A DNA stretch of 58,498 nucleotides from Patescibacteria group bacterium (lineage in GTDB: Bacteria > Patescibacteriota > UBA1384 > UBA12157 > JAENIV01), in assembly GCA_041666185.1 (NCBI GenBank), contig JBAYHL010000005.1, positions 1 through 58,498 on the forward strand. The letters run 5' to 3'. The notes under the pieces are model-generated. The model did not search any database, had not been told where the DNA came from, and saw nothing but the letters and a program-made list of their open reading frames with translations. The position numbers and the translations under genes were made by a program. This document shows, one piece after another, positions 27,687 to 36,639 of the stretch. The stretch's first letter is position 1; each line of letters opens with the position of its first letter.

Positions 27687-27715
27687 ATTATAGCACAAAA
27701 CATCTCAAATGTCAA
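27687..27715 (-). promoter_or_regulatory. Perfect consensus promoter TTGACA-17-TGcTATAAT on minus strand
   Basis: comp. 27710-27715 TTGACA, 17-nt spacer, comp. 27687-27692 TATAAT preceded by TGc; lies downstream of the terminator of 27844-28632. Confidence 0.7.
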
Positions 27716-27802
27716 GTATTCTTAACATATTTTAACCGAGCGTCCATCTGACGTGAGTGGAGTCAGGGGTGGCTATTATTTTTTTTTGGTTCAAAGAGTA
27801 AT

Positions 27803-27832
27803 TAAAAAAGGATTGCCGGAAAGGGCAATCCT
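27803..27832 (-). terminator. Intrinsic terminator of 27844-28632
   Basis: 9-bp stem AGGATTGCC/GGCAATCCT followed by T6 on minus strand, 12 nt after the stop. Confidence 0.8.
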
Positions 27833-27843
27833 GTAAAGTAAGA

Positions 27844-28632
27844 CTATCTAAAAGCGTACCAACATCTTCGTCGAATGGCCAAAGCCACTAGCAAGAAAAC
27901 TGTGCCAATAACGGCTCCCTTGCCGAAGAATTTGATCAGCACTATTTTTGGGACGAGGTGTCCGTTAGTACTGAACCCACCAAGTATACAAAGAAGCCCT
28001 ATTAGTATGGATAATGCAAGTATCCAACCACCAAAACCATTCATTACTTCGTTCCAAAATCGCGCTTTTAGGCCGGTTTTAATTTGATTCATATCAATCA
28101 TGTAAGCGTCTGACTCTCCCCAACGGGCGAGTAGGTAAGTGTTGCCGTCAAAGTGTCCGAACAAAACAGGATCGGATTTGCCTTTTTCAGGGGTTCTGAT
28201 TGACAAGCTATCAAACACTCCAAGATTTTTTACTTTATAGACTAGCTCTAAAATGCTAAGTGTCGGCCGGTCAAAAACATAGCTTTCGAACGAGTTGTGA
28301 CGTGCTTCAATTAAGTAACTGGTTGGTAGCCATCCTTCCCACAGCCATCGCTCATTTCTGGTTAATAGCTTGGCGCCGATTTCCTCGATAACCTTTTTCT
28401 TGGCTTCAAGCATGGTTTTGGCTTTCTTTTCCCTTGATGGTCTGAGTAGCTCACTTTCAATTGCCGCGGCGACTTTTGTAAATCCTGCCTCTTTAGCGGC
28501 GTTCATTTGAGCCGTAAGACTGTCTCTGGTCATTTGTTGCTCCATCGACAGTTGTTCGTCTTGGCACTCAGGAATTGTTAATGTTACTTGGTCTAAATTC
28601 TGAAGAAAAATTTTTTCTACCAAGGTTCTCAC
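27844..28632 (-). CDS. Hypothetical membrane protein (cytoplasmic N-domain, two C-terminal TM helices)
   Basis: GTG start; C-terminal GGWILALSILIGLLCILGGF and GAVIGTVFLLVALAI helices; higher GC. Confidence 0.6.
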   Translation of the reverse strand: MRTLVEKIFLQNLDQVTLTIPECQDEQLSMEQQMTRDSLTAQMNAAKEAGFTKVAAAIESELLRPSREKKAKTMLEAKKKVIEEIGAKLLTRNERWLWEGWLPTSYLIEARHNSFESYVFDRPTLSILELVYKVKNLGVFDSLSIRTPEKGKSDPVLFGHFDGNTYLLARWGESDAYMIDMNQIKTGLKARFWNEVMNGFGGWILALSILIGLLCILGGFSTNGHLVPKIVLIKFFGKGAVIGTVFLLVALAIRRRCWYAFR

Positions 28633-28787
28633 CGTCCTTTTTGTATTTTGGTGAATCTAGGGGTTATTTTATTACAATTTTCTTATATTTGTCAACTAGT
28701 TTATACTTTGATTAATAAATCAAAAATTATTTACTTTTCGTTTATTTTTTGTTAATTAAATAACGGTAGTAGTTTTTTGACAAAGGA

Positions 28788-29087
28788 GTGATGACATTGC
28801 TAAAACTATCGACAATGACAGTAGCGACAGCTAAAGAAGAAGCCTTTGATTTACATCAAAGGGGATGGCGAGTTAAAAAAGACAGAGGGGAGGGTACAGA
28901 TTATTACGAACTGATTACTCCAAACACAGGGTTGGTTCTAAAGTTTCAGAATAGGTTTGATGAACCAACTGGAATTGATAATTCTGTTTTAGGTTTTCGA
29001 CAGGTTTCTGGTTACGAAATCGAATTTTCTTTTACACCGTCAGCTGAATTATTTGACGAAATTGCGAAACACGGAATATTTCCGTAG
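28788..29087 (+). CDS. Hypothetical small protein
   Basis: SD AAAGGAG; start ambiguous (GTG 28788 / ATG 28791); 99 aa; followed by a strong terminator. Confidence 0.5.
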   Translation: MMTLLKLSTMTVATAKEEAFDLHQRGWRVKKDRGEGTDYYELITPNTGLVLKFQNRFDEPTGIDNSVLGFRQVSGYEIEFSFTPSAELFDEIAKHGIFP

Positions 29088-29113
29088 AAAACTTGAAGGC
29101 GAAACGATCTAGT

Positions 29114-29146
29114 ACCAGAACTGTAATTTCGGTTCTGGTTTTTTTA
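29114..29146 (+). terminator. Intrinsic terminator
   Basis: ACCAGAAC/GTTCTGGT stem followed by T7. Confidence 0.8.
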
Positions 29147-29159
29147 AATACCAGGAAAC

Positions 29160-29168
29160 TGCTAAAAT
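29160..29168 (+). promoter_or_regulatory. Extended -10 promoter TGcTAAAAT, 6 nt before the dprA ATG (leaderless geometry)
   Basis: TG at 29160-29161, TAAAAT at 29163-29168, ATG at 29175, no SD. Confidence 0.5.
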
Positions 29169-29174
29169 ATAATT

Positions 29175-30272
29175 ATGGACGATGAAAAAAAGTATTGGGT
29201 AGCCCTTTCAACTCATAATAAAATTGGCGGCAGAACTTTACTTAAGCTTTACAAAAGATTTCGTAAATTGAGCCGTATTTGGCAGGCGGATCGTCAAAGT
29301 CTTGCTAAGGCTGGTCTTGATTTGGGTCAAATCGAAGCTGTAAAAGAGGTGATTTCCAAAAAAGATCCAGATAAAGAGTTAAAAAAACTCGAAAAATATA
29401 AAATCGAAGTTCTAATTTACCCAGATGAAAACTATCCAAAAATCCTAAAAGAATTGCCGGACCCACCGGGTATTCTTTATGTTCGCGGTAAAATTTTAGA
29501 AGAAGATAAATTAGCTATCGGTGTTGTTGGCAGTCGCAAATACACTTCTTATGGTGAAAGAGTCACAAGAGAGCTGGTTTATCCATTAGCTCAAAGAAAA
29601 ATTACAATTATTTCCGGGCTTGCCTTAGGAATCGACACTTTAGCCCACAGGGCCGCTCTCGAAGCTGATGGCAGGACTTTGGCAGTTTTAGGTTGTGGTC
29701 TAGATCAAATCTATCCAAGCATTAATATTAGATTAGCTGATAAAATCCTCTCTGGGGCAGGGGCAATAATTTCCGAATTTCCTTTAGGAATGCCGGCTTT
29801 AAGGCACAATTTCCCGATTCGCAACCGAATTATTGCCGGACTGAGCCTTGGAACATTAGTTGTTGAAGCGGCTCTAAATTCGGGCTCACTCTTGACGGCA
29901 ACGGCAGCAATAGACTACAATCGGGAAGTCTTTGCAGTTCCTGGTTCAATTTTTTCCGAAAGTTCCCAAGGGACAAACAAGCTTATTAAAATGGGCGCTC
30001 GGCCCACGACTTCTTTCGAAGATATTTTAGAAAGTTTAAATATTAAAGAAAAGTCTAAAAAAATAGGCCAAGGACCAATTTTCGCCGATACCAAAGAAGA
30101 GGAAATTTTGTTAAGATTATTAAAGCAACCAACAATGGTTGATACCTTAATCAAAAAATCTGGGCTTAAGGCATCACAGGTTAATTCTGTTCTGATTGAG
30201 ATGGAGATTAAAGGTAAAGTTACAAACTTAGGCGGAAGCCAATTTATTATTAATGGAAAAATGAACGAATAA
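29175..30272 (+). CDS. dprA: DNA-processing protein A (Smf)
   Basis: GVVGSRKYTSYGE, ISGLALGIDTLAHRAAL, FPIRNRIIAGLS; C-terminal winged-helix-like tail. Confidence 0.9.
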   Translation: MDDEKKYWVALSTHNKIGGRTLLKLYKRFRKLSRIWQADRQSLAKAGLDLGQIEAVKEVISKKDPDKELKKLEKYKIEVLIYPDENYPKILKELPDPPGILYVRGKILEEDKLAIGVVGSRKYTSYGERVTRELVYPLAQRKITIISGLALGIDTLAHRAALEADGRTLAVLGCGLDQIYPSINIRLADKILSGAGAIISEFPLGMPALRHNFPIRNRIIAGLSLGTLVVEAALNSGSLLTATAAIDYNREVFAVPGSIFSESSQGTNKLIKMGARPTTSFEDILESLNIKEKSKKIGQGPIFADTKEEEILLRLLKQPTMVDTLIKKSGLKASQVNSVLIEMEIKGKVTNLGGSQFIINGKMNE

Positions 30273-30278
30273 AAATAT

Positions 30279-32459
30279 ATGAATTTAGTTATAGTAGAGT
30301 CGCCGACTAAGGCGAAAACAATTGAAAAGTTTTTAGGAAAAGATTTTGAAGTTGTGGCCAGTTTTGGCCATGTTCGAGATTTGCCGCATAGTGAAATTGG
30401 GATTGACATAAAAAACAATTTCGAACCTAATTATGTTATTGTTCCCAAGGCTAGTAAGATTTTAAAGAATATTAAAGCCAAGGTTAAGCAGGCAGATGCT
30501 CTTTATTTGGCAACAGACTATGATCGCGAAGGTGAAGCAATTGCTTGGCATCTTCTTCAGGCTATAGGTTTAAAAAAGCTTAAGACGAATAGGATCACTT
30601 TTCATGAAATTACTAAGGATGCTATTACTGAAGCCATAAAGCACCCAAGAGATATAGACATTCGTTTAGTTGACGCTCAACAGGCCAGGCGTATTTTAGA
30701 CCGCCTGGTTGGCTATAAGCTTTCGCCGTTTTTATGGCGTAAAGTTGCTCAAGGACTCTCGGCTGGTCGGGTTCAGTCGGTTGCTGTAAGGTTAATTGTT
30801 GAAAAAGAAAGAGAAATTCGGAAATTTAAGTCTCAAGAATATTGGTCAGTGGAAGCTTTGCTAAAGAAGGGGAGTGGTCAGCTCAAAGCGATTTTAACCG
30901 AAAAAGATGGTAAAAGACTAGATAAATTAGCTATTAATTCGGAAAAAGAAGCTAAAGAAATCTTGGAAAAGCTAAAAAATGCTGATTATTTGGTTAAAAA
31001 TGTTAAAAAAGAAGTTAAAAAAAGATATCCAGCCCCGCCATTTACTACCAGTACTTTACAACAGGAGGCAGGCAATAAATTAGGGATGTCGGCTAAGCAA
31101 ACTATGCGCTTAGCTCAGGGTCTTTATGAAAAAGGTTTAATTACCTATATGAGAACAGATTCGGTTAGCGTTGCCAGTATTGCCCAAAAAGATGCTAAAA
31201 AGACTATTGAGCAACAATTTGGCAAAGATTACACCCTCGACACTCCTAGGTTCTTTAAGACTAAGTCCAAAGGTGCTCAAGAAGCTCATGAGGCAATTAG
31301 GCCAACTAACCTTAAATTATTGCCAGAAAAAGCAACCTTAGATGCTTCAGAATTAAGACTCTACAGCTTAATTTGGAAAAGAATGATTGCTTCACAGATG
31401 AAAGATGCCGAAATGCTTGAAGAAAATGTTAAAATTAGTGCCGATAATTTCACATTTACTGCCAACGGTCTTAAGGTTCAATTTGATGGATTTTTAAAAG
31501 TTTACAATAAAGTCGAAACCAAAGAAAATACCTTACCAGAACTAAAAATTGGCGATAAGCTAGATTTAGAAAAAATAGAGAAATTGCAGCATTTTACCGA
31601 ACCGCCGGCAAGATTTACAGAAGCAAGTCTTATTAAGGAATTGGAAAAGAAGGGGATTGGCCGACCTTCAACTTACGCACCAACGCTCTCTACTATTATA
31701 GATAGGGGATATGTTGAGAAAAATGAAGGAAAATTAAGCCCTAAGGAAATAGGTGAAGTTGTAAATGACGTTTTGGTTGAGCATTTTCCAGAAGTAGTTG
31801 ACTATGATTTTACGGCTAGAATGGAAGAAGAGCTTGATGAAATTGCTGAAGGGAAGCTTAAGTGGGAAAAGGCGATTAATGATTTTTATGAACCTTTCTC
31901 TAATAACTTAAAAACTAAAACTAAAGAAGTTGAAAAGAAAGATTTATCAGAGGAATCAGATGAAGATTGCCCTAAATGTGGTAAAAAATTAAAGATAAAA
32001 TTAGGTCGTTTTGGTAAATTTTTAGCCTGTTCTAGCTTTCCTGAGTGTAAGTTTACCAAACCTTTGGGTCAAATTGGCATTTCTGATGAGAAAAAAGCCC
32101 AATTAGCCGAGGAAAAATGTCCAAAGTGTGGCAAAGAAATGACCTTTAAAGAAGGTAAATTCGGTCAATTTCTAGCCTGTTCAGGGTATCCGGAATGCAA
32201 AACGACTAAAAATATTGAAATTGTCGCCGCCGCTCCTTGTCCTAATTGCGGCGGAAAACTATTGCGAAAAAACACCCGTAAAAGAAAAGTTTTCTGGGGG
32301 TGTGGTAATTACCCTAAATGTAAGACTGCTTTCTGGGAAGAGCCGACTGATCAGAAATGTCAAAAATGTGGTAGTATTATCTTAAAAGACAGAAATGGTA
32401 AGTTAAAATGTAGCCAATGTGACGTGAAAGAAAAAAAAGTTTTAAAAAGTAAAAAATGA
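30279..32459 (+). CDS. topA: DNA topoisomerase I with four C4 zinc ribbons
   Basis: TOPRIM LVIVESPTKAKTI, ATDYDREGEAIAWH, active-site region YMRTDS, four CPKCG/CPNCG ribbons. Confidence 0.93.
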   Translation: MNLVIVESPTKAKTIEKFLGKDFEVVASFGHVRDLPHSEIGIDIKNNFEPNYVIVPKASKILKNIKAKVKQADALYLATDYDREGEAIAWHLLQAIGLKKLKTNRITFHEITKDAITEAIKHPRDIDIRLVDAQQARRILDRLVGYKLSPFLWRKVAQGLSAGRVQSVAVRLIVEKEREIRKFKSQEYWSVEALLKKGSGQLKAILTEKDGKRLDKLAINSEKEAKEILEKLKNADYLVKNVKKEVKKRYPAPPFTTSTLQQEAGNKLGMSAKQTMRLAQGLYEKGLITYMRTDSVSVASIAQKDAKKTIEQQFGKDYTLDTPRFFKTKSKGAQEAHEAIRPTNLKLLPEKATLDASELRLYSLIWKRMIASQMKDAEMLEENVKISADNFTFTANGLKVQFDGFLKVYNKVETKENTLPELKIGDKLDLEKIEKLQHFTEPPARFTEASLIKELEKKGIGRPSTYAPTLSTIIDRGYVEKNEGKLSPKEIGEVVNDVLVEHFPEVVDYDFTARMEEELDEIAEGKLKWEKAINDFYEPFSNNLKTKTKEVEKKDLSEESDEDCPKCGKKLKIKLGRFGKFLACSSFPECKFTKPLGQIGISDEKKAQLAEEKCPKCGKEMTFKEGKFGQFLACSGYPECKTTKNIEIVAAAPCPNCGGKLLRKNTRKRKVFWGCGNYPKCKTAFWEEPTDQKCQKCGSIILKDRNGKLKCSQCDVKEKKVLKSKK

Positions 32460-33076
32460 CTAAAATAATCCCTGATTCAGTTTTAAGCTTAATTGAAGAA
32501 TTTTCTCGTTTGCCTGGAATTGGTCCAAAAACCGCTTCTAGGCTAACTTTTTACCTGTTAACTAAACCGGAATCCGATATTCAAAGATTTGGTCAAGCTC
32601 TTTTAGATTTAAAGAAAAATTTGAAATATTGTGAATGTTGTTTCAATATCACTGAAAATTCTCCTTGTGAAATTTGCTCCAGTAAAGAAAGAAAGAGGGA
32701 CGAGGTTATGATTGTTGAAGAACCTTTAGATATTGTTGCCTTGGAAAAAACCGGTTTTCGAGGGGTTTACCATGTTTTAGGGGGTGTAATTTCGCCAATT
32801 GAAGGTATTGGACCAGAAAACTTGCGTATTTCGGAAATTTTAGAGAAAATTAAAAAAGATGAGGAAATAGAAGAAATAATTTTAGCGACAGACCCTTCTT
32901 TGGAAGGTGAAGCTACCTCAATGTATTTAGCCCAATCTATTAAAAAATTGGATTTACAAGACAAAAGAAAGATAAAAGTTACCAGAATTGCTCGAGGTTT
33001 ACCGATTGGCGGTGACCTGGAGTATGCCGACGAAATAACTCTAACAAGGGCTATTGAAGGCAGAAGAGAATATTGA
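32456..33076 (+). CDS. recR: Recombination protein RecR
   Basis: LPGIGPKTASRL HhH, C4 zinc finger CECC...CEIC, Toprim EEPLDIVALEKT. Confidence 0.92.
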   Translation: MTKIIPDSVLSLIEEFSRLPGIGPKTASRLTFYLLTKPESDIQRFGQALLDLKKNLKYCECCFNITENSPCEICSSKERKRDEVMIVEEPLDIVALEKTGFRGVYHVLGGVISPIEGIGPENLRISEILEKIKKDEEIEEIILATDPSLEGEATSMYLAQSIKKLDLQDKRKIKVTRIARGLPIGGDLEYADEITLTRAIEGRREY

Positions 33077-33150
33077 CCTCCACACCTATCGTTGATAGAA
33101 GCCGCCTTTGGCGGCTCAAAAACGCAGTTTATCAACAATAGGTGTGGGGG
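33077..33150. repeat. Long imperfect inverted repeat enclosing a GC hairpin
   Basis: CCTCCACACCTATCGTTGATA (33077-33097) pairs with TATCAACAATAGGTGTGGGGG (33130-33150); inner hairpin GCCGCC-TTT-GGCGGC (33101-33115). Confidence 0.6.
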
Positions 33151-33163
33151 TGAAGGAGAGGAA

Positions 33164-33361
33164 ATGAAAGAAGAACAAGCTTTTTGCCCAAATTGCGAAT
33201 GGACAGGTAACGCAGAGGGGATTACCTCATGCCCTGTTTGTGGCGCAAACCTGTCGAGTCTTGACTCTTTTGAAGAGGAGGAGGCGGTGGCTGGCAAGGA
33301 AGATAAGTATTCAGCCGACCTAATTTCAAAAGTGCAAGAAGAAAACAGTTGTGATGAATAA
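33164..33361 (+). CDS. Small zinc-ribbon protein with acidic tail
   Basis: SD GAAGGAGAGG then ATG 33164; CPNC...CPVC; 65 aa. Confidence 0.55.
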   Translation: MKEEQAFCPNCEWTGNAEGITSCPVCGANLSSLDSFEEEEAVAGKEDKYSADLISKVQEENSCDE

Positions 33362-34689
33362 TGCTTAAAATATATAATACATTAACACGGAAAACTGAAG
33401 AGTTTAAACCTTTAAAGGACAAACAGGTAGGAATGTATGTTTGTGGGCCAACTGTTTATGGTCCAGACCATATTGGTCATATTAAAACCTGGATATTTTT
33501 TGATTGGCTAAAAAGATACCTTTTGTACAAAGGTTATAAGGTTAAATTAGTCCAAAATATTACCGATGTTGGTCATTTGGTAGGAGATGAAGAAACAGGT
33601 GAAGATAAGATTGAAAAACAGGCTGAGAAAGAGCAGAAAAAGCCTGAAGAGATAGCTCGTTATTGGGAAGAAGAGCATCTGAAAGACCTAAAATCTTTAA
33701 ATTTTCTTGCTCCAGACTTAATGCCAAGAGCGACAGACCATATTGAAGATATTGTTAATTTTATCGAAACTCTTATTTTAAAAGGTTATGCTTATGAGGT
33801 AAAAGGCAATGTTTATTTTAATGTAAGCAAAGATCCCAACTACGGTAAACTCTCTGGGCGCAAGGCCGAAAATAGGGAAACTGGTACTCGAGTTGAAATT
33901 GATCGAGATAAGAAAGATCAGGCTGATTTTGCTTTATGGCTAAAAGCAGAAAATCACTTGCAAAAATGGCCATCGCCTTGGGGGGAAGGTTATCCTGGGT
34001 GGCATATTGAATGTTCGGTTATGTCGGCTAAATATTTAGGTCAACCTTTTGATATTCACGGATCAGGAGTTGAGCATATTTTTCCTCATCATGAAAATGA
34101 AATTGCTCAAAGTGAATCTTTTGCAGGTGTGCCCCTTTCTAATTACTGGCTGCATACTGGCATGTTGACAATTAATGGTACAAAAATGAGCAAATCCAAG
34201 GGCAACTATATAACAGTTAAAGATGCCTTAAAGGAGTATGACGCTGATACCTTAAGAATTTTTCTTATGACCGCTCTTTGGAAAAAACCGATAGATTGGA
34301 ATAAAAAGGCGCTTTTGGAGGCCAGAAAACTTAAGGAGAGACTGGTCAGAGCTAAGATGGAAGCTCAGCTTGTTAAAACCGGTTTTCCAACCAAATTAGA
34401 AATGACCTTGGATGACGATTTTAACTTACCTAAAGCTTTAGCAGTGATTTTAGAGGATGTTGGTAAGCTTTCTCGGAAGGATTTTGAAGTTATTGAGGAA
34501 ATATTTGGTTTATCTTTAGAGGAAGAAATTAAGCTCACTCAAAAGCAAAAAGAGCTTATTAAGTTAAGGGAAAAAGCTCGCGAAAAAGGGGATTACAAGG
34601 AGTCGGATAGGATCAGAAAAATTTTGGAAAAAGAAGGTTTTGTGGTTGAGGATACTTTAACAGGTAGCCGAATATTGCCAAAAGCTTGA
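33361..34689 (+). CDS. cysS: Cysteinyl-tRNA synthetase
   Basis: CGPTVYGPDHIGH, PGWHIECS, KMSKSKGN. Confidence 0.92.
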   Translation: MLKIYNTLTRKTEEFKPLKDKQVGMYVCGPTVYGPDHIGHIKTWIFFDWLKRYLLYKGYKVKLVQNITDVGHLVGDEETGEDKIEKQAEKEQKKPEEIARYWEEEHLKDLKSLNFLAPDLMPRATDHIEDIVNFIETLILKGYAYEVKGNVYFNVSKDPNYGKLSGRKAENRETGTRVEIDRDKKDQADFALWLKAENHLQKWPSPWGEGYPGWHIECSVMSAKYLGQPFDIHGSGVEHIFPHHENEIAQSESFAGVPLSNYWLHTGMLTINGTKMSKSKGNYITVKDALKEYDADTLRIFLMTALWKKPIDWNKKALLEARKLKERLVRAKMEAQLVKTGFPTKLEMTLDDDFNLPKALAVILEDVGKLSRKDFEVIEEIFGLSLEEEIKLTQKQKELIKLREKAREKGDYKESDRIRKILEKEGFVVEDTLTGSRILPKA

Positions 34690-34696
34690 AAAGGTA

Positions 34697-34725
34697 TTGA
34701 CAAATACAATTAAATATGGTATATT
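34697..34725 (+). promoter_or_regulatory. Consensus promoter TTGACA-17-TGgTATATT
   Basis: -35 at 34697-34702, extended -10 TG at 34717-34718, TATATT at 34720-34725. Confidence 0.7.
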
Positions 34726-34966
34726 AAGTCGTTGATTATAAGGAGGCTATATGAGAGCCTTTTTTTGTGTTTCGAGCAAGGTGTTGGCTGAGACTTGTGG
34801 AGAGAAGACTCATTAAATTTATTTTAGAGTCTGCCCCTCCTTCCCTGGTCTTGGCTAACACTTTGTCCAAAACCGTTGATACACCTACATGGTGTTATAT
34901 AGACAATTTAGGGCAAATTGACGCATCGAGATATTTTCGAAGAATTCAAACTGGAGGCGATTAAAG

Positions 34967-36451
34967 ATGCGACGTACATTAACAACTATTTTTGTCACTA
35001 TCATCGTTATTTTGACGGTGATGATTCCGGCTCAGGCGAGCTGGGTTTCGGAACTACTTTGGGGTCGACATCGGGAGTATACAGCTTCCGGTATGACCTA
35101 CTCCGTGGACGAAAAGATTCCGGCAGCGTGGGTTAAGGACTCGGTCCTTTCGACTCGCTATTGGAAAGAAGGCGCGCCGGTTTTTGCTGGTACGGTCCTT
35201 CGAATTGGAGTCTTGCTAACGACTGGATCAGAAGATGGACGGCGTTTTGCCATCTGTGTTACTGATCCTGGTAAGGTTGTCGGCAATTTGTCTGGCGAGG
35301 CGGACTTCGAGTCCGATCTCAATAAAGACAAAAATGGCGGTCTGAGAGTCTTGGGTACCTTTGTCGGCAAGTATGGGCTCGTAGAGCTTAATACTTACGA
35401 CCTGGAGCCAGGGACATACTTCCTCTACAGCTACGCGCTTAACTCGCGCAAAGCTTGGAAGTTTTCTGAAAACGCTATCGCTATCCAAATCGCTCCATCG
35501 CTTTCGGAGATGATTCCGGCCTTACAAAATGAGCCGGATGAAATCTTGAAAACTTGGGGTCTGGCAAGCTATCCAACACTTGAAGAAGTAGTTGGTCAGC
35601 GTGACCAGTCGTCTGCTTTCTTCGACATTAGTTTTGCCGATGGCGGCAAGATGTCGAGCGTAAAGATGCCAGGGAGACCGTCTGTTGGACGAATTCTTGG
35701 AGTTTTTACCGACGACGAACTGCTTGGCATTGCCAAGATTGACTCGATAAGCGACGGCGTTGTCCGAAGCTCTTCGAGTTCAAAGTTCTTGCACAATGTT
35801 CAAGGTCGTGAAAGTCAGCTTAAAGCTGCTTGGGTTATTCGCACTGAGGTCTATTCGACCAAAGGTAATCGCGACATTACCCTTAAGCAGCATCAGAATT
35901 TGATGACTTTCCCTGACGGACCTGTTGGTTCAGCAACCTTTGGGTTGCAGAATATGGTCTACGAAATGTTTCAAGCTGGAGTGGTGCATTTAAATGAACC
36001 GTTCAAGAAAAACACTTCGTTAGACTATCAACAGATGTATCAGAATTGGACAGCGGCCAAGCATACTTATGTGCTTGCGCCAACGGAAAGTTATGTGCCA
36101 GAGGTCAAAGCTAAGCAACTTCGTGTTGTGAGGCTTGGTCCTGGTGGTATCCCAATTGTCAAGGTTGACGAGGCGACAGTAAGTCGCGTTGATTCTCCTG
36201 GTCTTTGGAGCGGTCTGTCCTATATTATTGGTCAGCGCGTTCATCGGCCGGATAGAACAAGCGTCAGCAACAACAGTTCGAATACGGCGACGGCGCCGAC
36301 AACCAACAATGTTGATGTCAATAGTGTCAACAACAACAGTAACGCCAACACCAATGTTAATCCGATTAACAATACGATTAACGTCGGCGATGGCTCGGCA
36401 AACGGGACTGCGACTGGCACAGGAGATTCCAATTCCGTCAGTGGTCCTTAA
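34967..36451 (+). CDS. Secreted hypothetical protein with Asn-rich C-terminal tail
   Basis: Signal peptide ...VMIPAQA/SW; higher GC; tail NNNSNANTNVNPINNTINVGDGSANGTATGTG shares a motif with the next gene. Confidence 0.7.
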   Translation: MRRTLTTIFVTIIVILTVMIPAQASWVSELLWGRHREYTASGMTYSVDEKIPAAWVKDSVLSTRYWKEGAPVFAGTVLRIGVLLTTGSEDGRRFAICVTDPGKVVGNLSGEADFESDLNKDKNGGLRVLGTFVGKYGLVELNTYDLEPGTYFLYSYALNSRKAWKFSENAIAIQIAPSLSEMIPALQNEPDEILKTWGLASYPTLEEVVGQRDQSSAFFDISFADGGKMSSVKMPGRPSVGRILGVFTDDELLGIAKIDSISDGVVRSSSSSKFLHNVQGRESQLKAAWVIRTEVYSTKGNRDITLKQHQNLMTFPDGPVGSATFGLQNMVYEMFQAGVVHLNEPFKKNTSLDYQQMYQNWTAAKHTYVLAPTESYVPEVKAKQLRVVRLGPGGIPIVKVDEATVSRVDSPGLWSGLSYIIGQRVHRPDRTSVSNNSSNTATAPTTNNVDVNSVNNNSNANTNVNPINNTINVGDGSANGTATGTGDSNSVSGP

Positions 36452-36494
36452 CCGCAACAACTAGTGGTCATGGTGATCACTTACTATCGTTTTA

Positions 36495-36515
36495 GGGCCG
36501 ACATTCTGTCGGCCC
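36495..36515 (+). terminator. GC-rich hairpin after 34967-36451 (no T-run)
   Basis: GGGCCGACA-TTC-TGTCGGCCC, 9-bp perfect stem. Confidence 0.4.
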
Positions 36516-36639
36516 CCAACCTCCAGCCCTGGACTATAATAGTGCAAGGTTGAAGATTTGGTCGATTCCGCTAAATGCGGATTATAAAAATAATTTGGCC
36601 CTTAATTGCAATGGGGCTAAATTTAAGAAAGGATTCAAA

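Noticed and set aside
29915-30418. 167-aa minus-strand ORF (and the 176-aa ORF at 32767-33297) antisense to dprA/topA and recR
   Set aside because: They lie fully inside well-supported conserved genes on the other strand. They have no SD and low-complexity hydrophobic translations, typical of shadow ORFs.
34767-35136. ORFs 34767-34964 and 34918-35136 in the leader and 5' end of the 494-aa gene
   Set aside because: They have no SD and overlap the signal-peptide-bearing ORF. They are likely chance frames in GC-richer DNA.
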